Positions 28,441 through 43,961 are shown, counted from the stretch's first letter. The stretch is DNA of 64,000 bases from the human T2T-CHM13v2.0 reference genome, Homo sapiens (GCF_009914755.1 NC_060931.1), one strand, 5' to 3'. Notes: a model not told the origin generated them from the sequence alone. A program made the numbers and translations.

Positions 28441-30288
28441 AGCCTCACTTCAGCGGCCTTGCACCTGCAGTTTGCAACCTGTGCCCTGCCCTGCGGCTGA
28501 CGTCATCCTATCTCCGGAAGGGCAGGTCCCCAACTGCTCATGCCCCTGCCAAATCATCTTCCTTTCTCTGGAGGCCAACAGCACTTTCCTCCTAGTGGGC
28601 ACAACCGAGGTTCCTCTAGACGTGTTGAACACGCACGTGCACACACGTGCCCACATGCATCCACACACACAGCTGCGGCACCACGTGGAGAGTCGGGCTG
28701 TGCTCACCCAGGCGCTGCATCTTCTACCTGTTGGCATTGACTGAGGATGCCTTCTGGGCCAGGAGCCATGAATGGGGCTTTGCACATATAGAGGTGCAGT
28801 CTTCTGTGACAGCCTGGCGGGGTGGGTATCGCTACCGCATGTTGTAGGCCAAGAAACCGAGGCCCTGAGACACACTTCAAAGTGGGGGAGGCCCAGGGTG
28901 TGACTGTCACGCCAGGCCATGTCTCTGCCCATGCCATCATGTGGCGCACACTCTGTAAGTGCCTGTTGACCTGGTTTCCTCGTGGCCTAAGGTGGGTGGG
29001 CAGTAGCCATGTCAGGGTGTCCCTGCTGGGGGCTTCCATCCCAGCTCCAGTTCCTACCCTGAGGTTGGCGGCCCACCCCACTTCAGAGAGGAGGAAACGC
29101 AGCCTTCGAGAGGGTGAGTCTCTTGCTCAGGGTCACAAAACCAGGTTAGATGCTGAAGCCAGAAGATAAACCAGGTCTATCTGGAGCCAAAGCCTTTCTC
29201 TGAGTGTCAGGGCCAGAGGGGGTGAGCACCTCGTCTTCATGGAGGTGCTGGGATACCTCCACAGTCCTCGTTAAGAGCCACTATACCTGTCTACACCACC
29301 ATGCACACTCCCCTGGTTACTTCTTACAGCACGCTAGTCACGCATAGCACCAGGCAGGTGCCCCCAAATGGGTTCTAGAACAATCAGTGTCACGGAACTC
29401 AGCCTCCCTTCTCTTTTTCCAAGACAACCAATGTATCACTTTCCTGCCAAACGTTCTATGGAAAGAACCATTTGAAAACAGCCAGACTCAAAGCTGAAGC
29501 ACATTAAATCCAGCCTCCCTGTATGGGAGCTGCACGGTGCCCACTGTGTCTTCTAGCTCCTTTTGTCCTGGGGGAAAAACACTGCAATCCTCTAAACACA
29601 TCCCATTATCCTCCATTCTTTACCCGATTTGTGGATTCAAACAATTCTTATTCAGTGGAATAAGGAGCAATTAACAGGACTAGGGATTTATTAAGGATAA
29701 GTCATGCCAGACAGTTTTGACAGCTTGTTTTGAGGGTGACAGAATTACAAAATCCGAGGCTAGATGCATTATGTATTTAGACTTTTGTGCAGCATCTAAT
29801 ACCAGGCTTGGGAAATTATTCTTGCCAAATGGTCTGAACCCGCCTGGATGAGAACAGTCTCATGTACCGGAAACCGACTCAAAGATCAGAGACAAAGGAT
29901 ACATGACATTCAGCCATGCACGGGTCGGTGTGGCGGGGGCAGGGAGTGGTGTTTCACGAGGGGCTGCAAAGGTCAATGTTAGGGTTTGTTTCCCGTAACA
30001 TCTTCATTATTATCTGGAGGGAAGGGCACACTGCCGGCCACCAGGGCCGTGTGGGAGGGTGGGAAGCTCCAGCCTCTGGGAGCTGATGCTCACCCTGCAG
30101 CTGCTCAGCAGTGACCGAACATGAAGAGGCCACAGAGGGACCGGAGCAACACGGGGGCTGGGTCGGTGCCCCCAACACCCCTGCCACCCAAGAACAACCC
30201 ACAGAAGGTGGGCGGGGACAAAGCCCATCAGCCTCATGGACTTGGATAGTGGAGAGTGCCCCAGGATCCCCCAGTCATAAAACCTCAG

Positions 30289-30735
30289 TGGGTTGGGCTG
30301 TGTCCCCCAAAGAGACACTCAAGTCCTAACCCCAGTACCTGTGAATGTGACCTTATTCAGAAAAAGGGTCTTTGCAGATACACTCAGCTAGGATGAGATC
30401 ATATTAGGATAGGATGGGTTCTAATCCCATGTGACTGATGCCTTACCAGTCACATGGTAAGAGACCCAGACCACACGGGGGAGAAAGGCTGTGGCACTAC
30501 AGAGGCAGAGGCTGGGGTGATAGATCTCTAATCCCAGGAACACCAAGAGTTGCCACCACCACCAGAAGCTAGAAAAAGCCACAGACTAGATTTTCCCTCT
30601 GAGCCCCCAAGAAAAATATGAGCCTGCCAACACCATGGTCCTGGACTTCTGGCCTTTGCCCCACGAGGGAATCATTTCTGCGTAAGACATCTGGATTGTA
30701 GTGCTTAGTTATGGAAGCCGGAGGTGCTAACGGAA
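30289..30735 (+). mobile_element. MaLR LTR (MLT1B/C-like)
   Basis: aagtcctaaccccagtacctgtgaatgtgaccttatt...agggtctttgcagat. Confidence 0.8.
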
Positions 30736-30905
30736 GTCTGATTTCAGAAGTGAAGAATTAATAATGGAGTCCAATGGCCCCCGCTTCTGCCCCGAGGCTA
30801 GAGGTGGGGTGGTAAACTCAGGCACTGCGCAAGCCACACCTGCCAAAGGGTAGATTCATTTTCCCTCCAAGATACGAATGACAAAAGAAGAACTTTCCTG
30901 TAAGG

Positions 30906-31435
30906 CAGGGGTCCTCAACCCCCAGGCCTTGGACCAGTACCAGTCTGCAGGCTGTCAGGAACCAGGCTGAACTGCAGGAGGTGAACAGCAGGCCAGTGAG
31001 CAAAGCTTCATCTGTATTTATAGCTGCTCCCCATTGTTCACATTACTGCCTGAGCTCCACCTGCTGTCAGATCAGCAGCGGCATTAGATTCTCATAGGAG
31101 TGTGAACCCTATTGTGAACGGCACATGCAAGGGATCCAGGTTGTGGGCTCCCTATGAGAATCTAATGCCTGATGATCTGCCACTGTCTCCAATCACCCCC
31201 AAGATGGGACCAACTAGTTGTAGGAAAACAAGCTCAGGGCTCCCACTGATTCTACATTATGGTGAGTTGCATAATTATTTCTTTATATATTACAATGTAA
31301 TAATAGAAATAAAATGCACAATAAATATAATGCACTTGAATCATCCCCAAACCATCCCCCCCACCCTCCCTGGTCATTGGAAAAATTGTCATCCATGAAA
31401 CCGATCCCTGGTGCCATAAATGTTGGGGACCGCTG
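30906..31435 (+). mobile_element. MER1A-like hAT-Charlie DNA transposon
   Basis: TIRs caggggtcctcaac / gttggggaccgctg, 8-bp TSD ct(g/c)taagg, about 530 bp. Confidence 0.85.
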
Positions 31436-31759
31436 CTCTAAGGGGCCTGAGGGAAGACTCATAAAGGTTAGGGACCACTGTTCTAAGGGGCCCAAGGGAA
31501 GATTCAGGTCTATTAGGTGGTGGCTAGCACAACCCTCAGCACCTGGCAGCACAGCTGCACCTGTTGTATTTATGAAATGGAACACACAGGCCATCAGCAC
31601 CTGGTGAACTACCCCTAACTCCATGCTATGCTACCATCACCTTTCTCTCTCTCTCAGCACTTCACACCCTCAGATGATGGTTATTTTTGTCGTTCAGGAA
31701 TCTTGAATCGCCTGTTTATTTCTTCTCCCTGAGGATAGTATAGCATTTCATCTTTCTTT

Positions 31760-32046
31760 CTTTTTTTTTATTTTTTGAGACAGAGTTTCACTCTTCTTGC
31801 CCAGACTGTAGTGCAGTGGTGCAATCTCGGCTCACTGCAACCTCCGCCTCCTGGGTTCAAGCGATTCTCCTGCCTCAGCCTCCCGAGTAGCTGGGATTAC
31901 AGGCATGCGCCATCACGGCCGGTTAATTTTGTATTTTAAGTTTCTCCATGTCAGTCAGGCTGGTCTCAAACTCCTGACCTCAGGTGATCCACCTGCCTCG
32001 GCCTCCCAAAGTGCTGGGATTACAGGTGTGAGCCACCACACCCAGC
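31760..32046 (-). mobile_element. Alu (S-type)
   Basis: TSD tcatctttcttt on both sides. Confidence 0.95.
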
Positions 32047-33564
32047 TCATCTTTCTTTATTCCCAAATTCTAAATGCAATGTTTCCCCCTCTTAAACAGA
32101 ATATTTGGTTGATCAGAACATTGCGCTTCTGCTCATGTAATATATTCTCCTACAGATTTTCAAATTTGTCCCAGCCAGTACCGGTAAGACCACAGACTCC
32201 ATCTCAGGCCCACACCCAACAGGGCTTAGTGTACTGCAAAGCTACTGTCTGGATAAACAGGGCTTCCTAGACCCCAAAGCCACACTATTTGTGTCTTATC
32301 TATGAAATACCAATTCTGATCTTGTGGACTCTTTTTATATCATGCTAGTCTTGATCAGCTAAAACCTGACATCCCAGACACAACGTCATTAAATTAAATA
32401 CCCAGTAGGTGAACAGGTGCCTAACTCCTCTGTTTTTCTTGACATTGTATCACTTTCCTAGAGTCGTCACAAAATATCAGAAATAGTCCCCAACTCCTCA
32501 TAGAATTAACATGACATAGCTATTATCAACTACTTATTCTTTCATTTTCCAGACATTGAGAACCTATTATGAGCAAAATCTTGTGCTAGGGAATGGGGGT
32601 ACAAGATTAAAAATGTAATTAAGGATAGAAATGTGTTACAGTACATACACAGCTAGAATAAAATGCAGAATTTAACAAATATCCTAAAAAATGCTATCAA
32701 AATACTTTTGATGTTCAGAAGGTGTGAGAGAATATCTGATATCTTATTTTTCCACAAATTCATCTTTGTAAAAAAGTGACACAGTGTCATTCCAACTCAG
32801 TGTGGGGGAGCAAGGCTTATTTGATAAACGGCTCTGGTACACGCTGTGATGTTCACCCAGGAAACACCCTCCATGTCGACTCCACAGGTAGACGGAAAAG
32901 AAAAGCATGCAGTAATGGAAGAAAATTCAGAAAGCGATTTGTGTAACAAACGGCTGGCAGGGGACATTCTCAAACAAGACGGGGTGCCCAATGCCTTCGT
33001 GGACGGGGAGGTGTCCATGGGGGAGAGGAGCCACCGCACACAGATCACAGCCAGAGGAGGCATGCATCAGGCGGGACAGGGAGAGTTACTATCCCCACAT
33101 TCACAATGGCATAAAAGACAAACCACCCAGTAGAATACTGGGCAAAGGCTACAAATACACACCTCGAAATAAGAAATCCAAATAGCACGCTGGTGGAAAG
33201 ATGCTTAACTGCACTGGTAGTCAATGAAAGGGGAATAAAGGCAATAGCGAAATACCATCTTTCACTGGTTAGATTACCAAAATTAAAAGAATGCTATTAC
33301 CCAGCGCTGGCAATATGCAAGAAAGCAGCCTCTGTCACCCACTGCTGGCTGGAATATCCATGCTGCAGCCTGCAGAGAAGCAGTCCAACAACATGGGTTA
33401 GTGTTAAAATGTTCCTACCTTTGACCCCTGCCTTTCAGGAATCTGTCCTGGAGAAATCCAATCAACAATACCTAAGGATGCAGCACCACGGAGGCTGCAG
33501 CGTCACTGTGTGGTGGCAAAACACCAGAAACAATATGTGTCCATCTGTAGAATGGTCTTCTTAA

Positions 33565-34018
<454 letters not shown>

Positions 34019-34025
34019 TAATTTC

Positions 34026-34343
34026 TTTTTTTTTTTTTTTTTTTTTTTTTTGAGGCAAGTTCTCACTGTCACCCAGGCTGGAGTGCAGTGGTGCAATCAC
34101 ACAGCTCATTGCAGCCTCGTCCTCTTGGGCTTAGATGATCCTCCCTCCTCAGCCTCCTGAGTAGCTGGGACCACAAGTACACGCCACCACACCCTGCTAA
34201 TTTTTTTTTTTTTTTGTATTTTTTGTGGAGACAGGATCTCCCTGTGTTGCCCAGGCTGGTCTCAAAATCCTGAGTTCAAGCTATCCTCCCGCCTTGGCCT
34301 CCCAAAGTGCTAGGATTACAGGGCTGAGCCACGGCAGCTGGCC
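34026..34343 (-). mobile_element. AluJ
   Basis: Full-length diverged Alu. Confidence 0.9.
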
Positions 34344-35370
34344 TTAACATTTTTAACAAAGAAATATTTGAAAACCCACATAGAGTAATGAGACATGTGA
34401 GTATTCAGCCTACCTGATTTGCACAGGGCCTGGAAAGCCACACACAGGGGTCCCGGCCGCTGCTGGGCCAGTGCAGGGATCTCCAGGAGCCTCTCCTGAG
34501 GCGTGGCCCTGGTGGCCCCGAAGGAGTTCAGGCTCCTTCCCCAAACCTTCAGGCAGCTTGAGAGCTCCTTTGCTAAATAGATGGGCTTATTAGTGGGCCT
34601 CAGGAACCCCCTCAAATATTAGAAATCACCATTAATCCTGCATCGTTGTAGAGAAGGGACAGCAGAGCTCTCTAGAACACGTACGCCCAGTCTCCATGTG
34701 GCTGGAGAGGGCTCCTTTCCTCTGGTGTTTTCAGAAAGTTCAGGAAAAAGGACATGAGAAGGGCCCAAAGAGCCTAATTAACTTTGACTTGACTTCAACA
34801 ATGGGCAGGAGAATAAGACCCCTTTTAATATAAAATTAAAACCTCTCCACCAGAGCCTTATCCTCGCCAGCACTTTCTTTCATTGCTTTAAATTGGTCTT
34901 CTCGGCCTTGTAGGACTGTGGTGGGCGGGCCCAGGAGCCCAGACTCGCCCATTCTGGGCAAGTGTGTTCACAGAGCTCTGACAATGCCAGCTCTCGGTCA
35001 TTGTCACGCTTCCTTCTCTGTCCCAGGTTAAGCTACGCCGTGGGGGGATCAGCTGCTGCCAATGTGGAGGCCAAGCTGGGATCACTTCTTCATTCTAACT
35101 GGAGAGAAGGGAAGTTCAAGTCCAGCAGAGGGTGGGTGGGTAGACAGTGGCACTCAGAAATGTCAGCTGGACCCCTGTCCCCGCATAGGCAGGACAGCAA
35201 GGCTGTGGCTCTCCAGGGCCAGCTGAAGAACAGGACACTGTCTCCGCTGCCACAAAGCGTCAGAGACTCCCATCTTTGAAGCACGGCCTTCTTGGTCTTC
35301 CTGCACTTCCCTGTTCTGTTAGAGACCTGGTTATAGACAAGGCTTCTCCACCTAAGAAAAAACAACTTTG

Positions 35371-35804
<434 letters not shown>

Positions 35805-35952
35805 TCATGAGAAACCAGAAGTCCGACGTTCTACGTGAAATCTTGATCCACATTATGTGGGCTGGATTTGGACCCTGAGCCTCCAACCATCCACGTGGCT
35901 GGGTCCTTTGGCCATCACCCTCACCCATCACAGCTTCAGATGCCTCTGGCCT

Positions 35953-36727
<775 letters not shown>

Positions 36728-36889
36728 TGCACTGCTTCACCGGATTTGGGGCACGGTTCCACAACCACCTTAGCCTCTTCCTGTCCTGCTGATGTGTCTC
36801 TCTCCACATCGGCCCTAACTATAGTCAGAGGTCCACAACTGGCAGCAAAGGTTTTTAAATGGAAATAAACACACATCACCAGCAGGGTC

Positions 36890-37224
36890 TTTTTTTTTTT
36901 TTTTTTTTTTTTGAGACAGAGTCTCACTCTGTTAGCCAGGCTGGAGTATAGTGGCGCAGTTATAGCTCACTATCGCCTTAAACTCCTGGGCCTAAGCAAT
37001 CTTCCTCCCTCAGCCCCTCTCCCCTCCATGACCCCTGCACCTGCCCAAGTAGCTAGGACTACAGATGTGTACCACCATGCCCAGCTATATCTTTTTAACA
37101 AAGTTTTTTACAAATGGGATCTTGCTATGTTGCCCAGGGGTCTTGAACTCCTGGCCTCAGGCGATCCTTCTACCTTAGCCTCCCAAAGTGCTGGGATTAT
37201 AGGTATGAACCACTGCCAACGGCC
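36890..37224 (-). mobile_element. AluJ
   Basis: Diverged Alu with a small internal insertion. Confidence 0.88.
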
Positions 37225-37323
37225 AGGCAGCCTCAGATCATTCTTTATATGGCTACAGCCACAACTTCCTCTAAACATTGGCATGCTGCATTTGAGTGAA
37301 GAAAATTCCTGACTTTCATAGAA

Positions 37324-37540
37324 CAGGGTTTCTCCACCCTCAGCACTACTGCCGTGGGGGACCCAGTGATCCTGTGCTGTGGGGCCGCCCTGTGCACTGC
37401 GGTGCTGAGCAGCGTCCCTGGCCTCCACCCACTGCATACCAGGAGCCTCTCCTCCCCTCCAGTTGTGAAAACCAGGAATGTCTCCAGCCACTGCCAAATG
37501 TCCCTTGGGGAACAAAACCATCCCCAGTTGAGAACCACTG
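37324..37540. mobile_element. MER20 hAT DNA transposon
   Basis: cagggtttctc...ggcctccacccact...tgccaaatgtccc...gttgagaaccactg, about 217 bp. Confidence 0.85.
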
Positions 37541-38935
37541 GCATAGAACCTAGGTCCAAAAGTAGAAACTTGGGCTCAGTCATTCTCCTGGGACGAAGGC
37601 TGTCTGCTCTCCAGTCTGATGGTCTCCCTGCCTTGGCCTTCCGCATAGTTTTGTTCAGGTGGAGCCCTTTGTGCAGTTTGTCTTGACATCCTTGGCTATA
37701 AACTGAGCACAGAACCAATCTGACTGTCCCCAGACACAACCCGCCTAGTTCCCACAGGCATGCGTGCCCTGCGTCCTCAGGCCCCAGCTGAGAGCCGGTG
37801 CTGCAAACGGTGTGACCACTCACTCTCTCCTCTAGCTGTTCACAGGCTTCTCATTCCAGAAAGCCTTTTTTGAAAGGAAAATTTGGGCTCACACTATGCC
37901 AAAATTCTTGACAAGTAATTGCCTTCCGTGCTAAATGTTGATGTTTTTAGAAACTGAGATTCAAGAAATAGAATCTAAATAACATGTAGGTAATTAGGCT
38001 AGCCACGACATTTAAGTTTGAGAGGCTTCGACAACTAATTTAGAAGTTTTAAAACAGTGTCTGGATGGCGCAGTCTGGTGTTGGACGCCGCCAAGCCTTC
38101 AACCGGCTGGTCCTGACTTATAGGCTGCTCAAAGTGGGTCCTTCTCTTCCTCTCTCTGCAGCTTAGGATATCGGCACTTCCCTGTCAGATGGGGTTGTGC
38201 CCACAGAGACACAGCCAGCGTTCAGAGAGGGGATAATTCCTTATTTGTACTTCTGTTTCCTAAGAGCAGCCCTGTTGACCCTTTGGGAGCTTTCTCTGCA
38301 TTCAGCTTCACACAATCACACCAGGCAGACAGCAAACAGGGAATCCCAGCAAGAATGTCAGGCCCAATGGGTGCCGGCCTAAGAGAGAGCCTGGGCAGAG
38401 CTCCAGGGCGGTGCCTCAGAAGTGGAGAAAAGGCTCGTTTTGCTTCACCAGTTCCCCAGAGCCACCTAAGCCCTGAGCCTCTGGCCACTGTCAGCCCGGA
38501 AGCAACAGCAAGAAGCCCCGAGCAAGATGAGTGGCCCTCACTGTGCGCACTGTCACTCCCCCTGCGTGGATCAGGTTAAAGTGTGAGAACCGGATCAACC
38601 TGGATTCCAGACTGACAGCTTGAGCAAATAAAGCAAGATATGCGTCAGCATCTGCTCAAACTAATACATAAGATTTTGCAGAGATCAATGTCTAGGAGGA
38701 TACTTCATAAGTTAAAATGATACTAACATTTAGAGAGGAAATATTGGTTCTGAAAATTCAGCGTGATTGGTTTTATAGCTGATTGATGACAAAGCTAGCT
38801 TCGTGGGTTCTGCTCACAGAAGAGAGCTGTGTCTCTGTGTGTCCCTGCAGGCTCTGTGTCTTCCTGTAGGTCACTGCCTTTCCCAACTGTTCTTAAACAG
38901 CCTTCTCCAGCTCTTTAGAAGGAGGACCCCAGATG

Positions 38936-39279
<344 letters not shown>

Positions 39280-39699
39280 CTAAAATAGGTTGCTGAGAAT
39301 TTTTTTTTCAATCAAATCCAACTGAAAAGAATTTGAATTTTAAAATCCCATAATACCTCTACAATATCTTCCCATATTATTACAATGGAAAAACTGCCTC
39401 GCTCATGGAGTTCGGTCTGCAACACACAGACCGAACTTGTGTGCTTGTGCCTCGCCGTCTCCTGGCTATGCGTGTTGGGAGTCCCTGGGAACCATGACGG
39501 ATAAAGTTCATCTCATCAGTCAGGAAAATTCATGCCCTCACACACCACCCGTCTGAGTCTACAGTCAGAAAACAAAACGTGCTCATTTCTCCTTTACCGC
39601 TATTAACAACCAAAAGAATCCCAAATCGATACCCACTCAACGTCCTTCTAACAGGTGCAAGCTCTGCACATCGCTAGAGGATCTTCTATTGCAGTTAGA

Positions 39700-40440
39700 G
39701 TAACCAAGCATACGCCGTACAGTGACAACATCTGCGTGGCTCACACCACACAGGCAGCCGCAGAAACAGCGCCTCCCAAACGGCGCGGCCTCGCTCACCC
39801 TCAAAACCCACTCCGCGCCCGACGGGAACGGCTGGAGGGAGGAAAGAGCCAGGCACCTCTCGTTCGGGGTCTGACATTGTCACCTGGCAGATAAGTGAGT
39901 CTGCTCGGATGTGCCGGCTCGGAACATGCCCGTTCGTCAAAGAGGGAGGGGAAACAAAACGAGCTTGTGCCTCATTCCCGGTGGCTCTCCACGCAAAGTT
40001 AACGTTTGTTTACTCTAAGCATATGCCCAGGTGAGGCCTGCACAGCCACCTCGCCGCGGGTGCAGGGCGCGCCTCAGAATGACAGCGAGGTGCACGCTCC
40101 GGCCCGCGCAGAGCGGGGCCAGCTCCGCCACCCAGCGCGCGGGAAGCCCCGCAGCACCAGCAGGGCCCGTCGCTTCGCTCCGTCCCGGTCCGGCGTGAAA
40201 CCCCCGAGGGGAAAAGCGGGTATCAAATGTGAATTCCACTCGTCCACAGCGCCGGGCGTTATGAAAATCTGAGCACCTTTGACCGGAGAAGCAATAGCTA
40301 TGGGATTAAGGCGAATTTCTTACGGAGACGAGAAAGATGTGCAGTTTGTAATTACCTGCTCCCTGTAGTACAGTCCGTCCTTCACGCCTGGATCTAACGG
40401 GACAAACTCTCAGCGGCTTTGCTCTCCCGGCATTGTTTCA
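39700..40440. promoter_or_regulatory. CpG island, candidate internal CNPY1 promoter
   Basis: High CpG density, adjacent to the splice donor at 40356. Confidence 0.75.
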
Positions 40441-40441
40441 G
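40356..40441 (-). other. CNPY1: Candidate non-coding alternative first exon of CNPY1 with a 7-codon uORF (MPGEQSR*)
   Basis: Strong donor CAG|gtaatt at 40356/40355 on the edge of a CpG island. Splicing to 15687 makes MNDYK the first in-frame ATG (92 aa). 5' end approximate. Confidence 0.6.
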
Positions 40442-40876
40442 CACCCACCAAGAGGATTAAAAATAATCTCTTTCCCTTTTAATTTCGTGTCCCCCACATC
40501 CCCTCCTCCTCCCCACATCCCCTGGGGACAGCATGAATTTTTAATCCCTGAGGTTTGGGAGGGGGAGGGGGTGTTAACCCCTTGTTGAGGTGGCGGCCGG
40601 AGGACTGGAAGCCCGGGGGGAAAGGTCCCCCTGCTGGCCCCGCCGGGAAGAGCACTGCGTCCCCCTAGGACACTGACATGCCTGCCCTGTATGTGCACTG
40701 CAGCGGGTTAGGGGCCCCAAAACAGGTAAGCAGGAAAAGCCGCCTTTCCTTTCCCCTGACCCAGGCACAGTCTCCTGATGGCCTCAGATGCCTCCTCTGG
40801 TGCCCAGATAGGCTGCCAGCCCACGCAGCTGCTCCACGCCTTCCCTGTCTCTGCTCTGAGATAGGTGACTTTGAGC

Positions 40877-41061
40877 TCACACACACACACTCACACGTGC
40901 ATGCACACACACACATGCACACACACGTGCACAGAGGCACACATGCACACACGTGCACACAGGCACACACACGCATGCATAGACACACATGCACGTGTAC
41001 ACACGTGCACAGACAAATGCACATGTGCACTTGCATGTGCACACACAGACACACACACACT
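40877..41061. repeat. Alternating purine-pyrimidine (CA/CACG/CATG)n tract
   Basis: About 185 bp of degenerate CA repeat containing five CACGTG. Confidence 0.9.
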
Positions 41062-41115
41062 CGATGCGAACACTTGCTCCTCTTCCCCCAGGTGTGAGTT
41101 TCCACCCTGGCCTGA

Positions 41116-41123
41116 TGACGTCA
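41116..41123. promoter_or_regulatory. Consensus CRE site TGACGTCA
   Basis: Exact palindrome, overlapping a ggcctga/tcaggcc inverted repeat; function unproven. Confidence 0.35.
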
Positions 41124-43961
41124 GGCCTTAGCATGTGGGACTGACCGGGAAGGCGGATCAGCTGCAGGGGCTGAGGTCTCAGCCTGCTCCACTCACAGCG
41201 TCGCGGGATGGCCCACTGCACTGAGCGAGGCAGCCCTGGTGGCAGGTCCGGGCAATTCATAGAATTGGGTCCTGAACCTCCCCTACTGCCCCCACAGCAG
41301 CAAGGGGCTGGCGTGGAGACTGGAACGTAATGGGACTCCGGCCTCCGGTGAAGGCCACAGTCAGGCCACAACTAACATGCAAAGCACAGGGCTTTCTGGG
41401 CACTGAGGGAGCGGGCGCTGGGCGGCTCCTGAGCAGGAAAGACCAGGCTGGGGAGTCAGAGCTCAGCCTCTGCTCGGTGTCTGTGGACAAGAGATGCTGG
41501 AGGGCATCACCTATCTTCCTGGGAGGATGTGACTGAGGAGGTCGGCGGTTCTCTGGCTCTGGTGGGCACAGGACCCCAGCTTGGGGAAAGGGAGGTTGAG
41601 ACAGCCCAGCGGTGACCTGGCTGATGTGAGAGCAGGGCTGTGTTCAGCAGAAAAGGCAGCTGGATGCACAGCACATTGCAAAGGGCACGGAGAAGGCTCC
41701 GCTCAAAAACAAACAAGTGGCAAAACACTCCTGCATCCCCAATTCCCTAATGCCAAATCCAACATTTGTGGGGCTCCTGCCTTTGCCTGGTCAGTATGCA
41801 AGCACTTGTGGGATGGACCCAGCATTGGTGCCAGGGCTTCAATCATCATGGAGTATTAATGCCAGCTGTTCCTATGTGCCCTGCCTCCAGGAAGGTGAGC
41901 TGTGCCGGACCAACAGCAGAAGCTTCAGGGGAGAGCCTTCTCAGTTTGAACACTTGGGAGAGGAGGAAGGGAGCATTTCAACTGCAGATGAATCATGATC
42001 CAGAGATGGGAGAAGCCAAGAGCTTACAGGTGCACACACTCAGGCACAATGGCAGCCGAACACACACAAGGCATAAGGATACACTCAAGAAATGTACAGA
42101 ATCCACAGGAGTAAGACAGAAAAGCTTTACCAAAGGACATGAAGGAAGCCGGGAATGAACAGAGCACATATCATGAGACAGGTCCAACCAACTGCCTCCC
42201 CAAAACCCCTTCTCCCTTCCTTGCCTACACACGAGGCCTGATTTACTCCTAGAAGGCTTCAAATAGGGAGGTGACACTCAGGGCCCATCCTACCTTCCAC
42301 GGGGCTGCAGAGGCTGGAAAGCAAAGCCCTACACTTCCAAGACTCATTTGCAGCTGGAGGGTTCTATGGGATCAGGGTCGTGTCATTGGATGCATTCATC
42401 TGTGATTTGGAAGGCGGTGGACGGAGAGCCAGACTTCTCACCGATTCTGCTGTTCTCTGGTAAGCATCGTCTGCTATCATCAGGATTTTCTGGAGAAGAC
42501 TACAACATCTTCTCATGGGAATCATGTATGGGGAGGGTATTGTGGTATGAAGAGGCAGGTAAATTCCTTTCCATTTAAAAGAGCTCAAGTGTTTCTGAGA
42601 TTTGCAACTGGAGGCTGGCAAGTATTTTATTTGGTGCAAGGTTTGGCTGTAGGTAGTAAACCCTCCAGGATGATATTCTGGGCTGGGCTGTCCTCACCTG
42701 GCGGGGTCAGAGGCAGTGGGGATCCAGGTGCCATTTGAAATGGGATGCTGTAAATCCATGGCATGCAGTGGTGAAACAGGGACTTGCAGCATTACCTGTG
42801 GTTACCTGGAGTGAAGTCCCCAGGGAAGGGGAGGCTGTGGATGACTGATCACCCACTGCAGCAGACAGGTCCTGGGCGGGGCTGGTTATTTCTGCAGTAC
42901 TGGGAGGTTAGCAAGCCTACGGGCCGCTCTGTGCTTGAGACCTATAGTCATAGGTTTCAGGAAACTTCTCAGGTCACCAAATGCATCCAGGGCCATACTG
43001 AGGTGCCTTTCTTTGTCCCATGCTACCAGGCTTCTCTCCAGTGACCAGTGACCTGCTATATGGTCACCACACTCCACTTCTTCCTCCTCCTGGACACACA
43101 GCTTGACTGTTTCCAGCCCTTCTTCCAACTAGGTGAGGACATGTGCTGGAGTCCCAGCCGTGGAACGTAGGCAGAAGCAAGGCCCCTCCCTGTTAGCCCT
43201 GCCTGTAAACATTTCCCACAGAATCCTCCATGCTCTCTCTCCCCATCCACCTGCTGGATGAACAGGACTCGGGCTTGGAGGAGGAGGAGCCACAAGACAG
43301 AAGGGCCTGGGTCCCTGAATGACCAAGTGGAGCAGAGCCCCGTGCCAACCCACACTAGACTACGACATGAGCAAGAAGTCAACTCTCAACGCTCGTGGTG
43401 ATCCACACTGACACCAGGCAGTGTATGATACTTAAACTATTCTGACAAACACCATCAGTAAAGAATCATGCCAGCAATTTAAATAAAAATGAGTGATGGT
43501 GTTTCTCTTTTTAAATAAGATAAAAGAGAAATAAAATAGAAGATGGTACACAATAAAAGCCACCAAATAAATTAAAAATGTATACAACCCCCAGTCCTAG
43601 GGATGTAAGGACCAGAGCATCCATCTGTTGATGCTTCTTGCTCTTCTTTGAGAGGAAAGGAACATGAGGACTGTAAGTAAAGGAGCCGGGGCTATTTATT
43701 ACTCCGCATGCTAACATCTTCTCATGTCCTCTAGATGGTTGAGAGATGAGACCCACATGTCTCAGAAGAGCAGGTCCTTGGCCAATGAGAGTTATGGAAA
43801 GAAGAGAGAGTAGCAGCAGAGATAAAGGGGGAAGCTACCTCCCTTCCAGCCTCTCCTTCCGAGGACTCTTAAAGCACCAAAGGACACATGCATGGAGCAA
43901 AAATAGAGGATTGCATCGGTTCCTGAGGCTGCTCCAGGGCCAGTGACACCACCAGGAATGA

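Noticed and set aside
40665-41371. His/Thr-rich and Cys/Val-rich ORFs resembling metal-binding proteins
   Set aside because: Artefacts of the (CA)n-like repeat.
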